A DNA stretch of 64,000 nucleotides from Gekko japonicus. Taxonomy: Eukaryota. This document shows, piece by piece, positions 11,701-23,467 of the stretch (position 1 is its first letter; the number at the start of each line of letters is the position of its first letter). The stretch spans positions 1,859,285-1,923,284 of the forward strand of contig NW_015160838.1 in NCBI RefSeq assembly GCF_001447785.1, read 5' to 3'. The notes under the pieces were generated by a model. That model had not been told where the DNA came from. It did no database searches and was given only the letters and a program-made list of their open reading frames with translations. The position numbers were made by a program, and so were the translations under genes.

Positions 11701-14700
11701 ATAAAAAATTTGTAATGGCTGAGGAAATTCTGTTTCACTGTATCTGAAGAAGTGTGCATGCACACAAAAACTTATACCTTGAATAAAACTTTATTGGTCT
11801 TAAAGGTGCCATTGGACTTGAATTTTGTTTTGTTCTAAATTAAAAATAGAAGATGATAGGCATATTTGGATAATATTGCTGTCATTTATAGAAGTATATA
11901 AAGTAACTGCAGCAGATCCTCTTTGAGATTTACTGTGGGGGTTTTTTTGGTAGCTTCATCTTTAATGTATCCAAGAGCTGACCTTGAAGCTTTAACAAGA
12001 ATTCTCAGTAATGTGAACATTTAAAAACCATGGCCAGGAAGCAGAATAGAGATCAGTAAGTTAACAAAATCAAATATGCTTTGATGTTCACCAGTTTCTG
12101 TTTCTCTTGCTTATAGCAGAAGTGCAGAGTAGAGTCCAGCACGGATTCCGAATCTGATGCTAACACAGAGGTAATGCAGACAGCTTTTTGGACACTGAAA
12201 AGCTCTAGTTCTGTTTCCTACGCCCGTTGGGGCCAGATACGCTGTATCATTTCAGACACCAGATACTGGATGGATAGCCACACTGTTTTTTAACCAGCAA
12301 AATAAAACAGGAGTTCAGCACCATCCTAAAAGCTAACACATTGTATTCCAGTGTAATTCACTTTAAATCCACTTTATGATGGAATCAGTTTTGTCAGTCT
12401 TTAATTTGCCACTTGGCTCCTGTTTAATTTCAGACGGAAAGATCTCTTTTAAAAAGTAGATGCTGCTCTATGCTAAAACTAGAAAATGAGCAAACTGAGA
12501 AAGGGGATGGACTGGAGCTCTTTCACCTGGTATGATAATTTTCTATGTGTAGGGAGCTTTTTCCCCACGTAGGGGAGCATTCAGAAGTGATACTGAACAT
12601 AAGAACATAAGAGACGCCAATGTTGGATCAGGCCAAAGGCCCATCCAGTCCAACACCCTGTGTCACACAGTGGCCAGAAATACCAGTGCCATCAGGAGGT
12701 CCACCAGTGGGGCCAGGACATTAGAAGCCCTCCCACTGTTGACCCCCCCAAGCACCAAGATGACAGAGCATCACTTGCCCCAGAGTCCCTATCTATACCT
12801 TGTGGCTAATAGCCACTGATGGACCTCTGCTCCATATGCTTATCTAATTCCCTTTTGAAGCCGTCCATGCTTGTAGCCGCCACCACTTCCTGTGGCAGTG
12901 AATACTGTCCTCCTGTAATCTTAAATGCTGCAGATAGATCAAGATAGGTGACCGTGTTAGTCTTCCTGTAGTAGTAGAAAAGAGCAAGAGTCCAGGAGCA
13001 CCTTAAAGACTAACACAATTTGTGGCAGCGGATGCGCTTTCCTGAGTCACTGCTCACCTCTTCAGATACAGCTACAATGTGAGTGTATCTTGGAGAGTGG
13101 AGTGATTTCAGATGCCAAATGACAATTACATGTGAATGACAATAGCAGGTGTTCATTGGATTAGGTGTGATATGCAGAGAGGTAGTAGGTGTGGAGAAAT
13201 CAGCATTGGTAATGAGACAGGCAGCTGCAGTTTGTTTTGTTATCCTCATTCCACTGCACCTGGCTAGTAGGGTCTTCCTTCCACTAAACATATGTTCCAG
13301 ATGTTCCGCATCTGTAGTAGCAGGTCTAATGCTTACTCTTAAGTTTGATGGCTTGGGTCCTATGAATGAGTTGTTGTAAACCTCCCAGACCACATACTAA
13401 TGATAATGATAATAATAATGAAGCACAAATCTGCATCCTGTGTGTTCCCAGGGCCAGGTAAGGAACGCACAGTCAGAGTCCAGTGAATAGGATTTCTAAC
13501 TGTTTATTGCAATAACAGGAAATACAGAACTGGATACCTCAGCACCCAGTATCACCAAGCTGTATTCTGCCCCAAACAGGAAGGGCCACAGGTCTTATCC
13601 CCAAAATGACATCAGTTTACAACTCAAGGTAGATACGATTGGTTTCGCACAGGTAGGATCATTTGAGCTGGCATCCTTCCATTGGTGTACCCCAATACTG
13701 GCTAGAGTTACAGACATTAACATTTGTTTATGTGACCCAGGAAAATTAAGGTACCTTGAGGTCTCCTTCTGGCATCTTTCAAGGGCCTTTTGCATCTGTA
13801 TGGAATGGGGAGTTTCCTGATAAGGTGTGATATCTAACACAGTTCTTGGTTCTCAACAATAATAATGATGACGATGATGATAAGTGTACACTAGATAGCC
13901 TCTGCCATTGGCTATGCTTCCTCTTTCACTGTGCTTCTGCAGGATCAATAGTTTTCAGCGCTCCCTTGCACAAACAGAAGTGCTGGTGTGAAACAGATAG
14001 GAAGTGTTCTGTGCCACAGGCTAGCACACGCAGAACTCGTTCATGGGATCCAAGCCATTATCAGTATTTCTGACTAGTTTCTCCTGCATGGTGGCCAGCA
14101 TGGGAAAATGAAAAATGTGAGTTTGTCTTGGTTCTCCCTAAAGTGATGCCCAGAGCCCAGCACTTTGAACTCTGGGGGTACTTTGCATTTGGTGGTGTGC
14201 TAGTTCAGCTTCTGTCTTTTTTGTGTGTGTGTGTGTGGTTTTTGGGTGTGTGTGTGTATACTTGCATGCCTAGAAGTCATGGTGACTTCTGGTGACCCCT
14301 AGTGGGGCTTGGACATTTCAGAGAGGAGGCTTATTATTGCCTACCTCTGCATCCCAGCCCTGGTATTCCTTGGAGGTCTCCCTTCCAACTATTTCCCAGG
14401 GTCAGTCCCAGGGCTTTTTTTGTAGAAAAAGTCCAGTAGGAACTCATTAGCATAATAGGTCACACTCAGCAGCAGGACCTCATTAGCATATTAGGCCACA
14501 CCCCTGATTGCACAGCTCATTAGCACATTAGACAGCATTCCCATGTTACCAGAAGTGTGGTCATCCAGCTACACCCACCTTTTGCTTCTTATTCTGTTTA
14601 CCTTGTTTGTTGTCAAAACCCACAGCTTTTTTTGTTGCAGGAACTCCTTTGCATGTTAGGCCACACACCCCTAATGTAGCCAATCCTAATGAGTTCCTGC

Positions 14701-17700
14701 TGTTGGGTGTGGCCTATTATGCTAATGAGTTCCTGCTGGGTGTGGCCAACTTGGGAGCCAGCCGGAACTCTGTTCCTGTGCGTTCCTGCCCAAAAATAGG
14801 CCTGGTCAGCCCTGTTTAGCTTCCAAGATCTTATGAGATCGGGCTTGCCTGGGCTATTCAGGTCATGGCAGCTTCCCTCTTTTTTCAAGGATATAGCTCC
14901 CCCATGTACTGCACATGGCAAAACAGCAAGACACCAAGCCGTGCAGACCAGGGAGTGGCAAAAGGGTGGTATGCAACGCTCCCTCTAAGCTGTGGAGTCT
15001 TGTGAGCAATCATTCTACTTTGTGAGCTACTGGCATTAAAGTTATGAGCGAGCGATTTGGCTACTGCATAAATTAGTTTGCTCTGGAGCCATCCTCCCTG
15101 AGCTAAAACAAAAATCTGTGAGCTGGAAGCTAAAAAAACTGAGCTAGCTCACACTAACTCAGCTTAGAGGGAACACTGGTGGTATGCAGCCCACTCAAGC
15201 CTCACATGGCAACAGGGAGGCTTTTGCAACTCCATTGTTCTAGGGGAAGGGGGAGACTCCTCAGTAAGACAGAGACTGCCTCTCCCTTCCTTGGGAGGCA
15301 GGGTCCTTTCCCAGGGCCATTCCCCCCCCCCCGTCTCCCTGGTGCCACTTTCAAGGGAAACTGAGTGTAGTATCACTCTTGCTATGTCGAGTCTTTATTT
15401 CCTTTCTCTCATAGACCTTGCTGTACAAGTTTCTGTTCGTGCAGTCTTGCCTCTCCACACGGACACACATTTTGAGTGAAGCATTGTTCTTAATATATAG
15501 TATTAATAAATGCAGATGTGCACAGGTGCTATTGTCCAAATTCACCCCACCACCAAATTGCTGGAAGAAAGAGAGAAGCCACAGTGTAGTGGGCGTAGGG
15601 TGGGACCGGGAAGGGCCCAGACATGAAGTTAATGCTTACATCAGTGACACATGACACTTGTTCTTCATGCAGTTGTACTTTTCAGTAGAGAGATTAAAAG
15701 GCAAGAACGATGAGCATATTGGAGAACAAACCCAGTTGTTGCATTACCAGTATGGTACCTTCACTAGTCCTTGGATAGGGTGGACCAGAGCTTGGTTTTT
15801 TGGTTTTTATTTGTCTTGGTTTATTGCATGGTTTGTTTTTACTGACTGTGTTGCATTGTGTTAGCTGTGAGCTGCCTTGCACAGATCTGGAGAGGTGGCA
15901 AACACATTTTCTAAATACATAAAAATATAAAAAAAATTGTCTGTATATTTTTAGGCAGTCCATGGTCTGAAGCTATCTGACAATATCGGCCACAGTTAGC
16001 GATGGTTGACACGTGAACCAGATGGCTTCAGGAATGGTTAAGTTTTAAGCTGAAATCTCCAGAAGTCTGTTGTTTGTAACAAAGAATGTTCTAAATGTTC
16101 CAAAACCAGACTTACGACGCTCTATCCCATTGTTTAGTACAACAGGATAAAATCCTGTACTCCATATCCCAATGGGCAATCATTAAGAAATTGATTATTT
16201 GCATTCATTTATTCTGTTTTTAACTTTAATCAGTCAATTCCTACATCTGAAAATTACACGGGAGTTCTGAGCAATGCAGTTAACTGAAAGTGGCCTTCTC
16301 TAAAACAGGTGGTCTTCTCTAAAACAGGTTCTGTTGAATAGTTCCTTTCCGAGAGGATCGCTTAAGAAAACAGCTTACAAAAAAACTCAAGTAAGTTTGC
16401 AACTTCTACCTATTTTTTTAAATAGAATTCTATGATGCATTTCATTTTAAACAAGCCCCAAAGCACCATACATAAAAGCAAAAACAATTTACATCTTGTC
16501 TACAGAAAGGGTGGTGGTGGGGGGGAGACTTTTCTCCCCTACACCCAAAAACTAGAACCCAGAGGCACTCAGTGAAATTGATGGGCCACAGATTCAGGGC
16601 AGATCAAAGTCAGTACTTTTTCATATAACATAATGTGGAACTCATTGCCACAGCAATCACCACCACACAGGGGGATCAGACAGATTCATAGAGGAAGCCC
16701 ATTGATGGCTATCAGCCATGAGTGCTGAATGGGATCTCTACATCTGGAGAGAACGTATTTCTGAATTATTTATACCCTGCTTTCCTAGTGGGGACCCAAA
16801 ACAGCTTACATCCTCCTGCTCTCCATTTCTTCCTCACAACATCCCTGTGAGGTAGGCGAGGCTGAGTGTTTGTGACTGACCCAAAGTCATCCAAGCAGGC
16901 TTCTACTGCGGTGTGGGGATTTAAATCTGGCTGGCTTTCTCCGATCCGATCGTAGACTTGACAGTAACCACTCAACCACTTTGTGTGTGTGTGTGGGGGG
17001 GAGCGGAAGGGGGGGGGAGGCTTTTGCCTTCGTTCCTGTGCTAGGGGTCTCCCACAGCCTCTGCTCAGCCACTGACCCAGCAGGGCTCCTGTTGGGTCTT
17101 TTCTGTTTCCTTCCCATCAGAATCTGCATCTCAAACCACACCAGCCTTGGTTTATGTCCTGAGTCTTTACAGAATGCCAGTATATATTCTCTCTCTTGAA
17201 CCATGATGGCTAGAAACTTTTTAAAAAATGTGTAGTTGGGTGTTAGACTTTCTATAGGCAACCGGCCACTGATGGTGCAACTAGACTGCCCTGTGCCTTT
17301 TCCAAATCAGGTTGTACTCGTGAGATCGTTCTTATTTGAAAGCAGTCCCAGGAGTGCACAAAGGCAAAGGAAGCAAATGAAAATCAGCTGTGTGGGCATT
17401 TGCTGCCCCTACGAACGCTCGCTGTGTTGCAAGCACTCCTATTCACGCACTAATCCCTAATAAAGTTACAGATCACCCATTCTGGCACAACCTGTACGTA
17501 TGCACTTGCAAAAAAATGTGTAAAAATGGTCCCAGAGATGCCTCCAGGATTGTCCTATAGTGGGAAAAGCTCCAGCATTTACTATTCTTTTCAGATTTTT
17601 ACTGGTCTTAGGAGCTGTTGACTACCCTAGCTGTAAGTGACACAAATATGTAATAGTATCTGTTGCCGTAGTTCCCGGATCCTTACGATGGTGATTATGA

Positions 17701-18214
17701 AGAAGCATCTGGGACCTCAGACTGTAGTCTGGATTCGCTTGCGGATGCATGTCCCAGGAGGGGGATCTTTCTGAGGCATCCCGTCCCCGAGGGTCTGACT
17801 GTGGAAGAAAACTTTCCTCCAGAACACCAGGAGTCCCCTTTTGCATCACTATGCCGGGGAGTCTCTGCAACAGTCACTCATGAGACCGATTGCACAAAGC
17901 CAAGAGATAATTTAATGCTCACAGAAACTGCCATGGAAGATGATGGGAAGAGTTTGCCTTCACGATGCTCACGGGAAGCTGAACACTACGCAGTTGTATT
18001 GCAGCCAACAACTGAACCTTCCTGGTTCATACAGCACAGTCCTTCTGAACGTAGCCGGTTCTCTGAAAATGTAGCTCCAGCTTATGCACCGTGGCCCGCA
18101 ATGAGGCTGAGTGACAAGAGAGCATGTGAAGATGCAATCGTCAAACGAAAGCAAGGGCAGCCCGTTCTAGAGTGCGCTGGGGAAAAACTGAGGAAGAAAC
18201 TGCGAGCAACTTGA
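5728..18214 (+). CDS. Uncharacterised 5-exon gene, ~260 aa, basic N-terminus and C-terminal bipartite-NLS-like motif; convergent with DYNC1H1
   Basis: Exons 5728-5782, 8821(or 8818)-8888, 12117(or 12120)-12170, 16328-16390, 17672-18214 all have AG/GT boundaries and compatible phases (1,0,0,0); joined ORF 783 nt with no internal stop; in-frame TGA upstream of the ATG at 5707. Confidence 0.7.
6235..6650 (+). mobile_element. Two adjacent MIR-like CORE-SINEs
   Basis: GGTTCGAATCCC B-box, GTGACCTTGGGC, CTACCTCACAGGGTTGTTGTGAAGATAAAATG core. Confidence 0.7.
7195..7665 (-). mobile_element. Squam3-like SINE interrupted by a hAT MITE
   Basis: Reverse complement of the SINE consensus on both sides of the MITE. 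Confidence 0.8.
7301..7506. mobile_element. hAT-type MITE inserted in a SINE
   Basis: 16-bp TIRs; perfect 8-bp TSD CCTGTGAG (7293-7300, 7507-7514). Confidence 0.9.
7666..7950. mobile_element. Non-autonomous DNA-transposon-like repeat (second copy inverted at 47908-48240)
   Basis: Near-identical ORF translations 7578..7838 and 48020..48355; GCTAATGAGTT repeats. Confidence 0.7.
8821..8888 (+). CDS. Uncharacterised gene, coding exon 2
   Basis: Long pyrimidine tract + CAGTAG acceptor; DSRELVYSEKSSVDISQLAHKYM|gtaaaa. Confidence 0.65.
8960..9795. mobile_element. Cluster of nested short elements with GGTTGCCA...TGGCAACCCT termini
   Basis: Repeated TGGCAACCCT ends; GC-rich core shared with 39120-39320. 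Confidence 0.55.
10680..11700 (-). mobile_element. L1/Tx1-like LINE ORF2 3' fragment
   Basis: ORF 11073..11639 with CWRC...HMWWRC (zf-RVT-like) motif; boundaries approximate. Confidence 0.75.
12117..12170 (+). CDS. Uncharacterised gene, coding exon 3
   Basis: tttctcttgcttatag|QKCRVESSTDSESDANTE|gtaatg, 54 nt. Confidence 0.7.
12595..12903 (-). mobile_element. CR1 LINE 3' end
   Basis: AACATAAGAACATAAG tail; reverse complement of 23020-23320. Confidence 0.85.
12945..13220. mobile_element. Penelope-like element fragment
   Basis: GAGTCCAG..GCACCTTAAAGACTAAC terminus and CTGAAGA..GAAA motif on the minus strand. Confidence 0.6.
14974..15178. mobile_element. hAT-type MITE
   Basis: TIRs; 8-bp TSD GTGGTATG. 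Confidence 0.9.
16328..16390 (+). CDS. Uncharacterised gene, coding exon 4
   Basis: ttctctaaaacag|VLLNSSFPRGSLKKTAYKKTQ|gtaagt, 63 nt. Confidence 0.7.
17672..18214 (+). CDS. Uncharacterised gene, last coding exon
   Basis: tgttgccgtag|FPDPYDGDYEEASGTSDCSLDSL...IVKRKQGQPVLECAGEKLRKKLRAT-TGA; 543 nt open, non-repetitive, in frame with ORF 17801..18214. Confidence 0.75.
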   Translation, partial: FPDPYDGDYEEASGTSDCSLDSLADACPRRGIFLRHPVPEGLTVEENFPPEHQESPFASLCRGVSATVTHETDCTKPRDNLMLTETAMEDDGKSLPSRCSREAEHYAVVLQPTTEPSWFIQHSPSERSRFSENVAPAYAPWPAMRLSDKRACEDAIVKRKQGQPVLECAGEKLRKKLRAT

Positions 18215-20318
18215 TGTTCCAGTGGGCCAATTTCAGTGTAAACGTAATATGGGGGAAGAGGAGGTTGTTTGTGAACTGGCGCCATCTGCTGGAGGCAGGC
18301 CATGGGCAAATTCTTTGTGCTCACATTGGTTGAACATTAAAAACTGCTTTGTGCTGCGTTTCATCTTCTGCAAGAGCATGATTCAAAACATGGGAGTTTT
18401 AAATGCTTTCTGCAAACCTGAATTATCTGCCTGGGGCTGGGGACTGGGGCTACATGGCCCACACATTCCTCACTGGCCTTAAGAATAAGGCAGACGGCCC
18501 ATTAACATTTTTACTATTGGAGGACCTCCCAGGAGAGGAGTGGTGTGAACTTCTTGTAGGCCTTATTTCACAATTTAGTTCTAGCTGCATATACAGGCAT
18601 GACATCTGTTCATTTTGGTATTCTTGATTTACAGTAAAACCTTTTGTGGGGGATGTTTGTACACAGAACCAGGCCTTCTGGAGTGGAGCCAACCAGTGCC
18701 ATTTTTTACATGCCAAACTTGACAACTCTTTGCTTTTACTGTTGACTCAGCATCTTCCCAGACACTCCCTGCCGCCTGGTGTCACACTCCTCCCAGTCCG
18801 AAAGCTGTTTTTCTTCTTCATAATGATTCATCTTTCAACCGTCTGTCCAACCTGTGTCGCTGAGGCATACACCTGTATTATCTGAAGGCAAGAACCTACA
18901 TGTACTTCTGTAAGCTTGCTTTAATGGTGACTGGGGAATATTTCCCTGCTTGTTAATTCACATTATCACAGCTGACTTTATGCCATTTCCCAGCTGTTGT
19001 AGAAAACATTGGTAACAATCTTACATTACCTGCCCAGCTTCTGAAATGGTGGGGGAGGGGAAGGGAGCCTTCTCCCCCCCCTTCCTTCAAAAGGGCACCT
19101 AGATATACTCCAGCACAGGTACACCCAGGTTTGTACATTGAACACTAAAATTGACAGCTTTCCATTGTTAATTCCAGAGAAAAACAATAGAAGCTGTTCT
19201 CCCAATCTTTGCAAAACCATGCACAGGGAAGAATAAATAGCAGCCTCATACTTCCATATGAAGATGATTCTGCATTTCCTGCATAAGTTTAGTGTGGCAA
19301 TTTTTTTTTCTTCTCCCTCTGAGAGGAGGACATCTTGATGGGTGTTTCCCACTCTATCCTTAGGGAGGCAGGAACCAAAACTTCACTTCCTGTCTTCTTG
19401 GTGGGACACTCCCTCAATCCAGTTTCTGTTCCTGCCTCAGTAGGGAGAGTCGCACTTCTGCCTTTTTTGACTACTTTCTGTTTCTACTGGCTTTCTGCTT
19501 TTAGCCTTAACTCTGTAGATGTTTCTCCTTTTCTGCGCCTCCTCCCCCGCTTGTTCTATTCTACCTTTTTTCTTTCCTTGACTGAACTCCCCCCGACGCT
19601 CTGGCCTGGAGCATGTCAGACCAGGGAGACTTGAACCGATTCCTCTATTGTACCTTAACTGCTTGTCAGTATAGGTTAGGCTGGGTATATGATTGGTCCC
19701 TGCTAACCCAGTAAACTACATCGAAACACAGAACTGGAAGGGAACCCAAGGGTCATCCAGTCCAACCCTCCCTGCACAGTGCAGGAAATTCACAGCTACC
19801 TCCCCCACCTCTCCCCGTGACCCCTACTCTAGGCCCAGAGGGAGGCAAAAAACCTCCAGGGTCCCTGGGCCAATCTAGCCTGGAGGAAAATTTCTTCCTG
19901 ACCCGAAAGTTCTGATTAGCATTACAATGGACATAGAAGAAACTGGCTCATCCCTTCCTGCCCGCCCTCTCGCACTATCACATGACTGGGAGAGGGTCTG
20001 AAGCTTGGTTGCGCTGGTTTGAATCCAATTCCACTGGCTCTTCAGGATTGCTAAATATATAATGTACAGGTGATGAATGTAGGAAAGCTGACATGTAGTT
20101 ATAAATTCTAGTTCGCACAAGGCCAGCAATAGATTTCAAAGTCTGGTGTACTTTACAGAAGCATACTAACAGTAGCAGAGGAGCTGGCAGATATATATTG
20201 GTAGGTACCTGTAACTACTAGCTGTACCTTTAGCATCAGGATCTAGTTTAAAATTAAAAAAAAACTTTAACACTTTTCAATAATTGAAGCAACAAATGGG
20301 CACAAATACATTTTAGAG

Positions 20319-20717
20319 CTGGGTGTCAAATGTGCGGCCTGGGGGCCGGATCAGGCCCGCAGTGGAACTGGCTGTCTTCTGCTGCTGCTTCCAGTTCTGC
20401 TGCTGCTGCATTGTCATGGGTTTGCAGCTTACAGATACACACCTAAACAGCATATTCAAGATTGCAACAGCGCAGACATTTTGATGCAATAATTCAGAGC
20501 AAGAGGTGTCAGTTATCAGACAGTTAAATAAACAAAATATTGCAAGAGTGCTAATGTTTTAAGGATGTTTTTATTTTAAGTAAAAAACCTTCGTGTCCTT
20601 TATAAAGTTTATATCTCCGCTACCTGGCATTACATTTTATGACACACATGGCTTGGCCCAGCAAGGTCTCATTTATGTCAGATCTGGCCCTCATAACAAA
20701 TGAGTTCGACACCCCTG
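20319..20717. mobile_element. hAT-type MITE (C.GGGTGTC...GACACCCCTG)
   Basis: TIRs, near-TSD TTTTAGAG/CTTTAGAG; same family as 30174-32566. Confidence 0.8.
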
Positions 20718-21364
20718 CTTTAGAGCTTTCTAATTTGATCTAAGGAGCTGCGGTGGTTCTAAACCCACAAATTTTACTACTTAAACCAGAGATGTCGAAC
20801 TCATTTGTTACGAGGGCAGGATCGGACATAAATGTCACCTCGTTGGGCTGGGGCATGGACTACTCATCAGGAGAGCAGACTTAAGTTGGAAAACAGGCTT
20901 GACATCTTGCGTGTGTTCATGTGACAGGTGTAGTTGCCAACATATAAGATGTGGTAAAACGGGGCAGTAATGCTGAGTGAGGGTCTGGAGTGAAAATGCT
21001 CTACGCCTGTTCCCGTAGGGTCGAGAGTCCCTTTAAGGGAACTGGGTCTGAATACATGAAGGGCATTTGCCCAGCTAGATTCAGTCATGGATCTCTAATG
21101 GCAGTCAGTCAACAGTAGCAATATTTCAGTGTATTAATTATAAGAGGCGCATTACAGAATGGAGAACACGTCTCGAGTAGGACAAAGCACGCAGTGCTGC
21201 TGGAAATATTAAGTTTGAATGATAACGGAGCATGCTTTGTGAAGCTACGCCTCTGGCTTCTGAAGCCAATATCACATACAGGAAAAATCAAGTCCAGCTG
21301 CACCTTAGGGACCAACAAGAGTTTCGGGGTATAAGCCGACAGAGGGAGCTTTGACGCTCTAAAG

Positions 21365-22318
21365 CAGGGGTGGCCAAACTTGCTTGACGTAGGAGCCACA
21401 TAGAATAAACGTCGGATGTTTGAGAGCCACAAGACTTGAACAGACATTACACGTTTTTACTGGTAAATATGCAAATTTGCTTTTTATTAACATTAAATGA
21501 GACTGCCAAAAAGAGTAACAAAAAGCGGTAGAAGCAGATACTGATAATGATATTTATTAAAAGAGCCAGTTTGGTGTAGTGGTTAAGTAAAGGTAAAGGT
21601 TCCCTTGCTCGAAAGCCAGTCAAATCCGACTCTAGGGTTGCGGTGCTCATCTCCATTTCAAAGCCGAAGAGCCAGCGCTGTCCGAAGACGTTTCCGTGGT
21701 CATGTGGCCGGCGTGACTGAACACCAAGGCGCACGGAACGCTGTTACCTTCCCACCGAAGTGGTCCCTATTTATCTACTTGCAATTTCTTGCTTTCGAAT
21801 TGCTAGGTTGGCAGGAGCTGGAACTAGAGACGGGAGCTCACTCCATCATGCGGCACTTGGGTCTCGAACTGCTGAACTACTGACCTTCCACAGCCTGCAG
21901 TTCAGCATCTTAACCACTTGAGCTGCCGCAGCTCCTTAGTGGTTAAGTGTGCGGACTCTAATCTGGGAGAACCGGGTTTGATTCCCCACTCCTCCACTTG
22001 CTCCTGCTGGATGACCTTGGGCAAGCTGTAGTGCTGATAAGAGCTGTTCTTGAAAAAAGAGCAGTTCCTGTCAAGAGCTCTCTCAGCCCCACCCACCTCA
22101 CAGGGTGTCTGTTGCGGGGAGGGGAAGGGAAAGGAGTTTGTAAACTGCTCTGAGACACCTTTGGGTAGTGAAGGGCGGGGTATAAATCCAATCTCTTCTC
22201 CTTGTCCAATGATATTTGTTTGCTAATGATATTTAGCTTCCCCAGCCGCCCTGCTGGGAGCCGCACAATGTGTGAAAGAGCCACGCGAGGCTCCCGAGCC
22301 ACAGTTTGGCCACCTTTG
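21365..22318. mobile_element. hAT MITE containing nested SINEs
   Basis: TIR CAGGGGTGGCCAAACT / AGTTTGGCCACCTTTG; 8-bp TSD CTCTAAAG. Confidence 0.85.
21589..21936 (-). mobile_element. Sauria SINE inserted in the head of a Squam3-like SINE (21563-22203)
   Basis: ACCTTT tail repeats; 12-bp TSD TAGTGGTTAAGT. Confidence 0.85.
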
Positions 22319-22674
22319 CTCTAAAGCTTAGGTCCCGAAACTCTTATTGGTCCTTTAAGGTGCAACTGGACTTGGAATCTAATTGCAGACCCACACGCAA
22401 CCCTCTGAAACAGGAAAAAGCAGTAACAGGCATCCACTCTACGCCAACTTGAACTGCACCAGACAGAAAGGTGGCTAATAAATGAGGCAGATAAATAAAT
22501 ATCCAGATGGCTGTATAGGCCTGGCTCTAAAGCAAAGAGAACTGCGCTGAGGTAGAAATAGCTATGGGGTTATGATAAAGCAGCTAGGTGGGAGAGGGCA
22601 ATTGGCTGTGGCACACAAAAGTCCAATGTCATTTTAGACTGTACCAAATGACCACTACAAATGAGCATCGGTAA

Positions 22675-23320
22675 GAACTGTGTGCAGTTCTGGGCACCAC
22701 ACCTTAAAAAGGATATCATAGCTTTGGGAAAAGTGCAGGAAAAGGGCAACTCGAATGATAAAAGGGTTGGAACACTTTCCCTATGAGGAAAGGTTAAGGC
22801 GCTTAGGGCTCTTTAGCTTGGAGAAAAGACGACTGAGGGGTGACATGATCGAGGTTTACAAGATTATGCATGGGAAAGAGCAGGTAGAGAAAGAGGTACT
22901 TTTCTCCCTTTCTCACAATACAAGAACTCGTGGGCACTCCATGAAACTGCAGAGCGGTCGGGTTAGAACGGATAAAAGGAAGTACTTCTTCACCCAAAGA
23001 GTGATTACCACTTGGAATTCACTGCCACAGGAAGTGGTGGCGGCTACAAGCATGGACAGCTTCAAAAGGGAATTAGATAAGCATATGGAGCAGAGGTCCA
23101 TCAGCGGCTATTAGCCACAAGGTATAGATAGGGACTCTGGGGCAAGTGATGCTCTGTCTTCTTGGTGCTTGGGGGGGGGTCAACAGTGGGATGGCTTCTA
23201 ATGTCCTGGCCCCACTGCTGGACCTCCTGATGGCACTGGTATTTCTGGCCACTGAGTGACACAGAATGTTGGACTGGATGGGCCTTTGGCCTGATCCAAC
23301 ATTGGCATCTCTTATGTTCT
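22675..23320 (+). mobile_element. CR1 LINE 3' fragment
   Basis: MIKGLEHFPYEERLRRLGLFSLEKRRLRGDMIEVYKIMHG...FFTQRVITTWNSLP; TCTTATGTTCTT tail. Confidence 0.92.
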
Positions 23321-23467
23321 TAATTAGTTCTGTATTGGAAAACGGCTGCTACTGGGATACAGTGGTTATCGATAGGTGGGAAAGATAAACAGGATATTGA
23401 TGGAATTAACTCAGTTCTTTTTCTGAACTATTTTCCAATTGCCTCTTGCTACCTTACCCTTGGTGTA

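Noticed and set aside
15955-16038. Additional exon of the plus-strand gene (AG...GT bounded)
   Set aside because: Stop codons in all three frames; not needed for phase continuity.
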